A stretch of DNA of 56,768 nucleotides, from NCBI GenBank assembly GCA_945877545.1, contig CAMCSO010000001.1:1-56768 (forward strand), read 5' to 3'. Shown one piece after another: positions 1 through 9,050 of this stretch. A program made the position numbers and the translations under genes. The notes beneath the pieces are model-generated. The model searched no databases and had not been told where the DNA came from. It worked only from the letters and a program-made list of their open reading frames with translations. Position 1 is the stretch's first letter; every line of letters begins with the position of its first letter. The DNA comes from Bifidobacterium breve. GTDB taxonomy: Bacteria; Actinomycetota; Actinomycetes; S36-B12.

Positions 1-1128
1 GGCGCCATGAAGGTAGGTCAGGCGCTCAGTGTCTTCGAGGCGGCCCTGCCCGAGGAGTTCGCGGCCCCATACCGGGCCACCCTCACCAGACTGCAGGACG
101 CTGCCCCTCCCCTCGCCGCCTCAAGCATCCACAAGATCCTCAGCGAGGAACTCGGTGAAGACTGGCGGTCCAGGTTCGCTGAGTTCAACGACGTTCCGGC
201 GGCAGCGGCCTCTATCGGACAAGTCCACAAGGCAACATGGCACGACGGCCGGGTGGTGGCCGTCAAGGTCCAGTACCCGGGCGCCGACAAGGCACTCATG
301 GCCGACCTCAACCAACTCGCCCGCATGGGCAAGATGTTCGCCGCGTGGATCCCCGGTATTGAGATCAAGCCCCTCATCGACGAACTGCGTGACCGTGTCG
401 CCGAGGAACTCGACTACCTTCGCGAGTCTGCGAACCAGCGGACCTACGCAGCTGCATTCGAGGCTGACCCTGACTTCCTCATTCCACACGTTCTCGCCGC
501 AGCGCCACACGTCATCATCACCGAGTGGGTCGATGGCACTCCACTGTCGGTGATCATCAATGAGGGCACTCAGGAGCAACGGGATCTCGCCGGGACCCTC
601 CTTGAGCGGTTCCTCCTGTGCGGTCCGGCGCGAGCCGGTCTCCTACACGCCGATCCGCATCCCGGGAACTTCCGCATGACGCCGGACGGACGCCTGTGCG
701 TTCTCGACTTCGGCGCGGTGGCACACCTGCCCGACGGCCTCCCCCTCGCCATGGGCACCCTGCTACGCCTGGCGCAGTCGGGCGACGCCGATACCGTACT
801 CGAAGGCCTGCGCACCGAGGGCTTCGTCCGTCCGCACATCGAGATCGACCCAGAACAGGTCCTGTCCTACCTCGACCCCTTTGTCGAACCAGCACGGCAA
901 GAGACCTTCACGTTCTCCCGCGACTGGATGCGCGGCCAGTTCACCCGGCTCAACGACATCCGCAACCCCGATTTCACCGTCGGGCTCAAGCTGAACCTGC
1001 CGCCCTCCTATGCCCTCATCCACCGAGTCTGGCTCGGCACGATCGGTGTGCTGTGCCAGCTTGGCGCCACCGTGCCGATGCGATCCGAACTCGAGCAATG
1101 GGCACCCGGATTCGTCGATATTCGGTAG
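1..1128 (+). CDS. ABC1/UbiB-family atypical protein kinase (5' end cut by window edge)
   Basis: ORF 7..1128 stays open back to base 1. Translation carries ABC1/AarF hallmarks: AAASIGQVHKA, VAVKVQYPG, LHADPHPGNF, VLDFG. Confidence 0.85.
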   Translation, partial: GAMKVGQALSVFEAALPEEFAAPYRATLTRLQDAAPPLAASSIHKILSEELGEDWRSRFAEFNDVPAAAASIGQVHKATWHDGRVVAVKVQYPGADKALMADLNQLARMGKMFAAWIPGIEIKPLIDELRDRVAEELDYLRESANQRTYAAAFEADPDFLIPHVLAAAPHVIITEWVDGTPLSVIINEGTQEQRDLAGTLLERFLLCGPARAGLLHADPHPGNFRMTPDGRLCVLDFGAVAHLPDGLPLAMGTLLRLAQSGDADTVLEGLRTEGFVRPHIEIDPEQVLSYLDPFVEPARQETFTFSRDWMRGQFTRLNDIRNPDFTVGLKLNLPPSYALIHRVWLGTIGVLCQLGATVPMRSELEQWAPGFVDIR

Positions 1129-1149
1129 CCGTACCAGCCACTCGCGACA

Positions 1150-3225
1150 TCAGGTCACCTTGAGGATCCCAAGGACCGCACTGCCGTAGGCCTCGATCTT
1201 TGCGGGCCCAACGCCGGGAATCTCTTCGAGTTCCTCGATCGTCGATGGCCCTCGCTCCACGATGGCCATAAGCGTTGCATCTGTTAAGACGAGGTACGCC
1301 GGCACCTCGCGATCCTTGGCCTGGCCTAGGCGCCAACGATTCAGCGCCTCCCAACGCTCAATGCTGAAGTCACTCGGGCAGGTTCGACACCGGCCAAGCG
1401 TTCGCTCGGGCGCCGTGACGAGCCCCTTGCCGCAGACCCGGCACTTCGCGGGGCCCTTGCGACGCTGCTCCGTCATTGCCGGTCTCGTCCCGCGGGTGAC
1501 GGTCGCTCCGAGCGAACCGCTCAACCCCTGCGGATCCGCTGCCACAAGGAACCGACTCGCCGAGCGCGAGGACCGCCCCCCGGGCTCCCGCGACCTCGCC
1601 CATGACACATGCAGGTGGCGCTTGGCGCGCGTGATTCCGACGTAGAACAACCGTCGCTCCTCATCGACATCGAGCGGCTCGCTGCTCGACCCCTGGACGT
1701 ACGGAAGGAGTCGCTCGCTGCAACCGATGATGAATACGGTGTCCCACTCGAGGCCCTTCGCCGAGTGCAGCGATGCCAAAGTCACGGCATCAGCTGTTGG
1801 CGCGTGCTGCGTTTCGGATCGATGATCGAGTTCGGCAATGAGCGCAGCGACGTCTAGGCCCGCATGCTCGTCAGCAAGGGAAACGAGGGCGGAAAGCGAC
1901 TCCCACCGCTCGCGCACAGCACCTCCGCCCCTCGGCAGTTCCTCGCTCCACCCCGCAGCCCGAAGCACGCTTCTCACCTCCTCACCGATCGGACCGGTCG
2001 CCTCACCTGCACGCGCAGCACCCCTCAGCCTGGTGATTGCTTCTCGAATCTCAGGACGGTCGAAGAAGCGCTCGGTGCCGCGCATGACGACAGGTATCCC
2101 CCTCGCCGACAGCGCCGACTCGAGCTCGGCCGATTGCGCGTTTATTCGGAACAGCACTGCGATATCGCGAGCCGCCACTCCGCGATCGAGGTACCCGCGC
2201 ACCCGCGCAGCAACCTGCTCCGCCTCGTTCACGTCATCTGTGAATGCCTCGACGGTCGGCGTCGCACCCTGGTCCGCGACTGCCCGAAGTCGCAGTGTTG
2301 CCTTCGTCGGAGCCTGGGCCACGACAGAGTTCGCGAGGTCCACGATCGGACCGCTGCATCGGTAGCAGTTGATCAGCCGCACCTCAGTGGCGCCTGGAAA
2401 GGCTTTCGGAAAGTCAAGGAGGTAGGCCGACGTCGCACCGGTGAAGGAAAAAATAGTCTGGCTGACGTCGCCAACGACGCACACGTCGTCACGATCGCCT
2501 CGCCAGAGGTCAAGGAGTCGATGCTGCAGGGGATTAACGTCCTGAAACTCATCGACCGTGAACCAGCGGTAGGCCTTGCGTACCTCGTCGGCAATGTCCG
2601 GCCGAGACTGCAGAGCCCCGACCGTCACGAGCAGCACGTCTTCGAAGTCCAGCCTGCCCCGCCGAGTCAACAGGTCGTCGTAGGCGGCATAGACCCGCGA
2701 GACATCGCGCACCTCGATCGACCAATCACGCCGTGCCATATGCGCACCCATGAGAATGTCGGCAGGGGCAAGTTGCGACACCTTCGCCCACTCGATGTCA
2801 GCCGAAAGATCTCGCAGTACCGGCGCGCTCACCGAAACCCCGCACGATGCCGCCGCCTCGCCGATGAGCCGAATCTTGCTCGGCAACAGCTCGGGGAAGG
2901 GGTCGCTCGAGATCCGGGGCCAGAAGTAACGCAGTTGTCGAAGGGCCGCTGAGTGGAAGGTGCGGACGGCGACATCGGTCACGCCCAGCGTTCGCAGCCG
3001 CGACCGCATCTCGCCCGCCGCCCGCGCCGTGAACGTCACCGCAAGGGACCGCCTCGCCTCGTGCTCGCCGATCGCCACCGCGTGGGCGATCCGATGGGTG
3101 ATTGCCCGGGTCTTCCCCGTCCCTGCCCCCGCGAGCACAACGACCGGGCCGGTGAGTGCGGTGGCAACCGCCCGCTGCTCATCGTCGAGTTGCTCGAGAT
3201 TCGCCTCGGCCGAAGGGGTCGTCAC
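1150..3225 (-). CDS. uvrD2: ATP-dependent DNA helicase UvrD2 (UvrD/PcrA core + tetracysteine module + HRDC)
   Basis: 691-aa ORF with GTG start. Walker A GAGTGKT. C-terminal CxxC-x14-CxxC (CRVCGKG...GRCRTC), followed by an HRDC-like tail (PAYLVLTDATLMAIV...IPGVGPAKIEAYG). Confidence 0.9.
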   Translation of the reverse strand: MTTPSAEANLEQLDDEQRAVATALTGPVVVLAGAGTGKTRAITHRIAHAVAIGEHEARRSLAVTFTARAAGEMRSRLRTLGVTDVAVRTFHSAALRQLRYFWPRISSDPFPELLPSKIRLIGEAAASCGVSVSAPVLRDLSADIEWAKVSQLAPADILMGAHMARRDWSIEVRDVSRVYAAYDDLLTRRGRLDFEDVLLVTVGALQSRPDIADEVRKAYRWFTVDEFQDVNPLQHRLLDLWRGDRDDVCVVGDVSQTIFSFTGATSAYLLDFPKAFPGATEVRLINCYRCSGPIVDLANSVVAQAPTKATLRLRAVADQGATPTVEAFTDDVNEAEQVAARVRGYLDRGVAARDIAVLFRINAQSAELESALSARGIPVVMRGTERFFDRPEIREAITRLRGAARAGEATGPIGEEVRSVLRAAGWSEELPRGGGAVRERWESLSALVSLADEHAGLDVAALIAELDHRSETQHAPTADAVTLASLHSAKGLEWDTVFIIGCSERLLPYVQGSSSEPLDVDEERRLFYVGITRAKRHLHVSWARSREPGGRSSRSASRFLVAADPQGLSGSLGATVTRGTRPAMTEQRRKGPAKCRVCGKGLVTAPERTLGRCRTCPSDFSIERWEALNRWRLGQAKDREVPAYLVLTDATLMAIVERGPSTIEELEEIPGVGPAKIEAYGSAVLGILKVT

Positions 3226-3249
3226 TGGGGCACGGTAGCGTCCCCTGCT

Positions 3250-3483
3250 ATGAAGATGTACACGACCGTGTGGTGCGGCTACTGCCAGCGACTAAAGGCG
3301 CAGATGACCCGCGAGGGCATCACCTTCGAGGAGATCGACATTGAGCACGATCCGCAGGCCGCAGCCCTCGTCGAGGCCGTCAACGGAGGGAACCAGACGG
3401 TGCCGACCCTCGTTTTCGACGATGGCACTGCCGCCACCAATCCTTCGATCGGACAGGTCAAGGCCAAACTCGGCCTCGCCTGA
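3250..3483 (+). CDS. Mycoredoxin / glutaredoxin-like small redox protein (CGYC active site)
   Basis: ATG at 3250 inside ORF 2953..3483 gives 77 aa: MKMYTTVWCGYCQRLK...TVPTLVF. This is a thioredoxin-fold CxxC motif. Position between uvrD2 and nudC matches Rv3198A. Confidence 0.85.
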   Translation: MKMYTTVWCGYCQRLKAQMTREGITFEEIDIEHDPQAAALVEAVNGGNQTVPTLVFDDGTAATNPSIGQVKAKLGLA

Positions 3484-3503
3484 CCGCTCAATCGCCAATT
3501 GGG

Positions 3504-4457
3504 TCACCACTCGCCGGGCAACGCCTCTCCATGCTTACGCTCCGCGTTATACCAACGCTCGATGAGCTTGCGCGAGATCGACACTGGCGAGGGAAGCGTC
3601 ACCTCCCCGCTCTCGCACGCAGCGAGGAGCTCTGCTCGCGAGTACCAGTGGGCTTCGGCAATCTCCTCGCCATCCACCTTGATCTCCGTCTGGGCGGCCC
3701 ACGCGTGGTACCCGAGCATGAGCGAGCACGGGAATGGCCATGGCTGGCTCCCGAGATACTCGACGTCATCGGGCTCCGGCCCGATCACCACACCCGTCTC
3801 CTCCGTTAACTCCCTGCGGACCGCCGCCTCGGCGGACTCCCCTGCCTCGATGAATCCGGCAAATGTCGACATACGTCCCACCGGCCAGTTCACGTGGCGA
3901 CCGAGCAACGCGCGGTCATCTTCATCGCGAACGAGAACAATCACGGCAGGGTCAGTCCGCGGAAAGTGCTCGATCCCGTCGGCCTCGCAACCCAAGGACC
4001 AGCCCGCATTTCGAATCACGAGCGCGCTTCCGCACGCCGAGCACCAGCGGGTGCGCGCCCGCCAGTTGTCGAGTGCTACCGCGGTAACCGTCAGGCCGGC
4101 ATCCAAATCCGATAGCCCGCCGCCGATTGTTCGCAATGACGACCATTCGATGTCTGACGGCAGCGCCACATGCTCACGTCCCACCGGGTGGGCAGCAAAG
4201 TAGGCCCGATCATCGAGGCCGACTCCGAGAAATGACAGCCCAGACGGGTCGTCGAGTTCCGTAACTGGGGTGAGATGAAGGGCCGGTGCTCCTGCACCAG
4301 ACGCGACGGCGGTCGCGCTGCCTTCAACCCAGACGACGAGCGAACGAGGGTCGGCAGTGCGCGAGCGTTGCCAATCTCCGTCGGCACGCAGGTGCGCCGC
4401 GCGCTCTATTGCCGCACGTGACAGGAGGAGGTCATCAAGGAGCCGGGGGTTCGTCAC
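3504..4457 (-). CDS. nudC: NAD(+)/NADH diphosphatase NudC (Nudix hydrolase)
   Basis: Nudix box GFIEAGESAEAAVRRELTEETGV, preceded by a Cys-rich zinc-ribbon segment (WCSACGS...GCEADG). Start set at GTG 4457 (VTNPRLL), giving 317 aa. The longer ORF to 4811 would overlap the divergent acyltransferase. Start is uncertain. Confidence 0.78.
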   Translation of the reverse strand: MTNPRLLDDLLLSRAAIERAAHLRADGDWQRSRTADPRSLVVWVEGSATAVASGAGAPALHLTPVTELDDPSGLSFLGVGLDDRAYFAAHPVGREHVALPSDIEWSSLRTIGGGLSDLDAGLTVTAVALDNWRARTRWCSACGSALVIRNAGWSLGCEADGIEHFPRTDPAVIVLVRDEDDRALLGRHVNWPVGRMSTFAGFIEAGESAEAAVRRELTEETGVVIGPEPDDVEYLGSQPWPFPCSLMLGYHAWAAQTEIKVDGEEIAEAHWYSRAELLAACESGEVTLPSPVSISRKLIERWYNAERKHGEALPGEW

Positions 4458-4490
4458 ATGGCAAGAGTAATTGCGTGACACGATGCCCAC

Positions 4491-5762
4491 GTGAACGTGT
4501 TCATTCGGCAGTTGACCGGAGTCCGATTCGTCGCAGCCGCATGGGTGCTCCTCTACCACTTGCAGGGCCCGCTCGACCGCGTCGGCCTCCTGGACATTCC
4601 CGTCCTGCCTGACGTCCTCAACGTCGGGCGGCTCGGGGTCGACCTGTTCTTCGCTCTCTCCGGCTTCATCCTCACCCACACCTACCTGAGCCGCATGGGG
4701 CAGCGCGCACGTCTTCGCGAGACCTTGAATTTCTGGTGGCTGCGTCTCGCGCGCGTCTACCCCGTCCATCTCGTCATGCTCGTCGTCGCCGGCGTTGCCT
4801 TGTTCGCCCAAGCCAAGGTCACCGGCGACTCAGTCGATCGAGACTGGCTCAATCCACTCGACTTCATCCGTAACCTCCTCCTCATTCAGGAGTGGGGGCC
4901 CCAACCACAGCGCGGCTGGAATTTTGTGGCGTGGTCACTCTCGATGGAGTGGCTGGCTTACCTCATCTTCCCGATCCTCATCCTCGTCATCTGGCGCTGC
5001 CATAGGCGACTAGGCCTTCCAATGCTCATCGCCTTGTGGATCACCTGCATCGCCCCGCTCGTCGGCTATGGCCTGTCGCGATCTGATTCGTACTACACAG
5101 ACAACTGGGGATCAACCATTCGAATCCTCACCGAGTTCACCGCCGGTGCCGTGACTTACCTCATCATTCGACGACTTCTCCCCGAGGGTTCCGAAGATCC
5201 CGGCCGACGCACGCTTCAGGCGGCCAATGCCCTTTCATGGCTGCTCCCACTCGCCGTCATAGCGGGCGCTGTTCTTCTCGCACACCTCGCGATCGCCCAG
5301 CCACCGGTCAACCTCAATGCCTCGGGTGACGCCGAGCCGATGCCCCCCTACTTCCACCTGCTTCTCGTGCCATTCCTCATCGCCTGGCTCGGCGCCCTTG
5401 CCCTCGCCCGAGGCCGGGTGCCGCGGGGCCTTGCCACGAAGACCCTCGTCCTCGGCGGCTTCATCTCATACTCCCTGTACATGACCCACTTGGTGGTGTT
5501 CGGGCTGTGGCGAGCCGGCATGCGCGCCGCCGGTATCGATGGTGGCCTGCTGTACGCCGCAGGCCTCATCCTGCTCGTCGCTGCTGCCCTAGTGATTGCC
5601 TGGCTCATGTGGCGATTCGTCGAGGAGCCGGCGCGCGAGTGGATGCGCGGTCTCGCTGGGGTCCGGCGAACGCCTACAGAAGAGGCCGGCGAGGCCATAG
5701 CCGAACGTAGAGGGAGCGGTCCCGAGCCGGTCACCATGCCGAGCGAATCCCCAACGCCCTAG
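4491..5762 (+). CDS. Acyltransferase family 3 integral membrane O-acyltransferase
   Basis: 423 aa, about 10 hydrophobic helices. N-terminal LTGVRFVAAAWVLLYHL and SGFILTH motifs are typical of the acyltransferase_3 family. GTG start. Confidence 0.8.
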   Translation: MNVFIRQLTGVRFVAAAWVLLYHLQGPLDRVGLLDIPVLPDVLNVGRLGVDLFFALSGFILTHTYLSRMGQRARLRETLNFWWLRLARVYPVHLVMLVVAGVALFAQAKVTGDSVDRDWLNPLDFIRNLLLIQEWGPQPQRGWNFVAWSLSMEWLAYLIFPILILVIWRCHRRLGLPMLIALWITCIAPLVGYGLSRSDSYYTDNWGSTIRILTEFTAGAVTYLIIRRLLPEGSEDPGRRTLQAANALSWLLPLAVIAGAVLLAHLAIAQPPVNLNASGDAEPMPPYFHLLLVPFLIAWLGALALARGRVPRGLATKTLVLGGFISYSLYMTHLVVFGLWRAGMRAAGIDGGLLYAAGLILLVAAALVIAWLMWRFVEEPAREWMRGLAGVRRTPTEEAGEAIAERRGSGPEPVTMPSESPTP

Positions 5763-5783
5763 CCGAGACGCCACCGCGGCACG

Positions 5784-8700
5784 CTAGGTGCTGAGGGCTC
5801 CGGCGAGGTCTTCAAGATCGAGGTACGCCTCTGGTCGGATGAGTTCTCCCGTGGACACCATGAAGAACCCGGCATCGATATTGCTCATCGGCACGTGCTT
5901 AAGCTGGGACCACGCGAGGCAGTAGATCGCCAATTGATAGTGATCAGTTCCACTCGAACCTCCAGTCTTCCAGTCAATGACGTCGTAGCGGCCATTTCGC
6001 TCGAAGACCGCATCGATACGCCCTCGAACCACTCGTCCGCCCAGGACAAGTGCGAACGGTTCCTCAATTGCGACCGGTGATAGTCCCGCAAATGCCGACG
6101 ACTCGAATGCGACTTTCAGCGCGGTGAGTTGCTCATCGCTGGTGATGTCATCGTCGCCCGCACCAGGGAGGTCATCTGGGTCAAGGAGCGATTGCTGGCC
6201 GTAGCGACTTTCGACCCAGGCATGGAAGGCCGTTCCTCGTCGGGCAGCCGGGGCCGGCTGGCGGGGCATCGGCCGAGCAAGGTCGATTGCCAGACCCTCC
6301 GGGTCCCGTAACGCTCGGATGAGGGCACTGGCCGAAAGTGAGTTCGGCAGCGGGACCACCACCTGCTGACGATGACGGCGCGCCTCCTCGGCAAGGAGCG
6401 ACGCTGCATCAGCGTCCCATTGCTCGATGATGGCGATATCTGCGGCCGACAGCCCTGCGGGTGCAAGGTCAGGGCCGGTGCCGGCCATCGCAATTCGCAC
6501 CCGGTTCGCGACGGCAGCGATCGCGCTGGCTGATTCAATCGGTGCGGGCCAGCAGAACTCAATCTCGGCTGCACCGGCCGAGGGATTGGTGGCGTCATCA
6601 TCAGGCCTCGGGTGCCAGGCCACGACCGTGCCCATGCCGTCAAGGATGGTCTCCCTGATCACCGAAAGATACGGTTCGGGGCCACGCAGAGTTGACTGGG
6701 TCGGACCCCACCAGTGCCCCGTGACGATAAGCGTGCGCTCCGCCCGAGTGAGCGCCACGTAGGCGAGTCGTTCATCATCAGCGACCTTGAGATCGGCGAG
6801 GAGCGCTTTGTACGCCTTATGGTCCTTGTCACGCGGCGACTCCTCAGGTTTCGGAAAGGAATCGAGTTCGTCATTGGTGTCAGCCCGCAGGGCCCAGGGC
6901 ACACTCGCAGCGGATGTCGGCCACTCCGAGCGCGCGGGGGCGCCAGGAAAGGCAGACCGCGCGACCGATGGCACGAACACGTGCGGGAACTCAAGGCCCT
7001 TCGCCTTGTGGATGGTCATGAGTTGGACGGCATTCCCCAGCACTGCGAGGTCGAGGGGAAGTTCGACGTCGAATCGCTCAGCATCCCGCAACCGGCCAAG
7101 GAAGGCCCCGAGGGACGAGGTCCCATCGAAATCGGTGAAGTCGGCCGCAAGATCAAGGAATGCTGACCACGCGTACTGCTGCTGCTCTGCCTCAGCCGCC
7201 AAGGTGCACTCCACGTCAAGGCCGGTGACTCGACCGATCCGTGAGATCAATTCGGTCATCGGCTCCCCGATGTGGCGCCTGAGATCCCGGATCTCATCGG
7301 CGAATTCAGTGAGGCGCCGCAACGCATCGGGTGAGTAGCGGCCCGGGTTGCCAAGATCGAACAGGGCATCGCTGAGCGAGACCGCCTCAACCGGGTCGGC
7401 ACCCGCCACCGCCTCGTCAAGGGCATCCTCGACATCGTCGGTTTCGAATCGATGGCCGCCCCCAGCGAGTTCGGCGGCGCGCGCACCCAATGACGCAATA
7501 TCGCGCAGACCCAGACGCAGGCGCGGGCCCGCGAGCACGCGAACCATCTCTGGATTCGCGATGGGGTTGTGGAGAATCTCCAGCATGCTTCGCAGCTCAA
7601 CGACGACCGGTTGTCGCATGAGACCCGCCGCCCCGTAAAGCTGAGTGGGAACACCCGCTGCACGGAGGAGGCGATCAAACTCTGCGAGATCCTTGCCCGT
7701 CGCCGCGAGAATGGCGATGTCGCTCCACTGATCTTCGGTGAACGATGACTCCACCCGCGACCGCCAGCCGGCAATCTGCTCGACCACCCACTCCTTTTCT
7801 GCTGCGGCTGTCTCGAAGAGTCCCACACGGACATCGCCGGTCCCCTTGATGTCTAGGTCGCCCGCCTTGAGTCGATCAAGGCCCGCATGGCGGCTGCGCA
7901 GGCCGCGCGAGAGATCATTCGCGACATCGAGGATGCTCGGACCCGATCTGCGGTTGAACGTCAGTGCATAGCGGGCGGAGGACTCAGCCACCCCTGATCG
8001 CATCACCGGAAAGTGCTCGGGGAACCGCTCGATATTGTCAACGCTCGCCCCACGCCAGCCATAGATCGCCTGGCACGGATCGCCCACTGCAGTCACCGGA
8101 TGCCCACCGCTGAACAGGGCTTGGATCAGGTGCCGCTGGGCGATAGAGGTGTCCTGGTACTCGTCGAGGAGCACCACCCCGTGCCTGGCACGAACCGCCG
8201 CGGCGACCTCCGGAAACCCGCGAACGATCTCGAGGGCCAGTCTCGTCTGATCGGTGAAATCAAGGAGATCGCGGGATTGCTTCTCCGCCCGCCATTCTGT
8301 GACGAGCATCGCGAGCACGCGCCTCGCACGCGCCGTCGCGCGCATGCTGACCCCAATCTTTTGCAGCGACCCATGTGCATCGAGCTCAGCTATGAGGGCG
8401 TCGTCGAACTCAATGACCGCCGATGGGTCGATGTCGAGCTCACTCAATTGATCGTCGAGTGCGAGAACATCGCTCGTCAGAGATATAGGAGAGGCGCCAA
8501 GGCCGGCAAGCGGCAACGAGGTTCGGCACACAACCCGGTATGCCAATTGGTGCCGAGCACCAGCGCCCAGGATCTGCGCTCCCGGTTCCCGGCCGAGGCG
8601 AATGCAATGCTCGCTCAGGAGCCGCGCGGCGAACGCGTTGTAGGTGAGCACCTGCGGCTCCCCCTGCACCTCCTCCTCGTCATCCACCACCCCTAATGGC

Positions 8701-9050
8701 ACAGAGAGGTCGATGTCGGAGAAGCGAGCCATCGGGTCAGGCATGAGCCCGGCCCGCTCAAGGCTGCGCATTCCCGTACGCATTGATCCGAGCAGTTGCG
8801 CCGCCGCCTTTGTCGTGAAGGTGAGACCGATGACCGAATCCGGTCGCGCCATTCCGCTGCCGACCAGCCACGCGATCCGCACCGCCATCGAGGTGGTTTT
8901 GCCAGAGCCTGCGCCAGCCACGACAACGGCTGGCTCGAGTGGGGCGGACACTACGTCCCACTGCTCATCGCTCAACTGAAAGCCGATCGCTCGATCCAGA
9001 TCAGTCCGACTGATCTGCTGCACCTGACCAAGCTGACCGTCTCTCATCAC
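5784..9050 (-). CDS. adnB: Helicase-nuclease AdnB-like subunit (UvrD-like motor + C-terminal RecB/PD-(D/E)XK nuclease)
   Basis: 1088 aa. Walker A GAGSGKTTSM, DEYQDTS motif, C-terminal RGRIDAVF...YDVIDWKTG...YQLAIY nuclease motifs. Overlaps the upstream partner by 4 nt. Confidence 0.85.
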   Translation of the reverse strand: MMRDGQLGQVQQISRTDLDRAIGFQLSDEQWDVVSAPLEPAVVVAGAGSGKTTSMAVRIAWLVGSGMARPDSVIGLTFTTKAAAQLLGSMRTGMRSLERAGLMPDPMARFSDIDLSVPLGVVDDEEEVQGEPQVLTYNAFAARLLSEHCIRLGREPGAQILGAGARHQLAYRVVCRTSLPLAGLGASPISLTSDVLALDDQLSELDIDPSAVIEFDDALIAELDAHGSLQKIGVSMRATARARRVLAMLVTEWRAEKQSRDLLDFTDQTRLALEIVRGFPEVAAAVRARHGVVLLDEYQDTSIAQRHLIQALFSGGHPVTAVGDPCQAIYGWRGASVDNIERFPEHFPVMRSGVAESSARYALTFNRRSGPSILDVANDLSRGLRSRHAGLDRLKAGDLDIKGTGDVRVGLFETAAAEKEWVVEQIAGWRSRVESSFTEDQWSDIAILAATGKDLAEFDRLLRAAGVPTQLYGAAGLMRQPVVVELRSMLEILHNPIANPEMVRVLAGPRLRLGLRDIASLGARAAELAGGGHRFETDDVEDALDEAVAGADPVEAVSLSDALFDLGNPGRYSPDALRRLTEFADEIRDLRRHIGEPMTELISRIGRVTGLDVECTLAAEAEQQQYAWSAFLDLAADFTDFDGTSSLGAFLGRLRDAERFDVELPLDLAVLGNAVQLMTIHKAKGLEFPHVFVPSVARSAFPGAPARSEWPTSAASVPWALRADTNDELDSFPKPEESPRDKDHKAYKALLADLKVADDERLAYVALTRAERTLIVTGHWWGPTQSTLRGPEPYLSVIRETILDGMGTVVAWHPRPDDDATNPSAGAAEIEFCWPAPIESASAIAAVANRVRIAMAGTGPDLAPAGLSAADIAIIEQWDADAASLLAEEARRHRQQVVVPLPNSLSASALIRALRDPEGLAIDLARPMPRQPAPAARRGTAFHAWVESRYGQQSLLDPDDLPGAGDDDITSDEQLTALKVAFESSAFAGLSPVAIEEPFALVLGGRVVRGRIDAVFERNGRYDVIDWKTGGSSGTDHYQLAIYCLAWSQLKHVPMSNIDAGFFMVSTGELIRPEAYLDLEDLAGALST

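Noticed and set aside
4458-4811. Upstream extension of the nudC ORF (435-aa version)
   Set aside because: The extension would overlap the divergent acyltransferase-3 coding start by more than 300 nt. It is acidic low-complexity sequence with no NudC similarity. 317 aa fits the family length.
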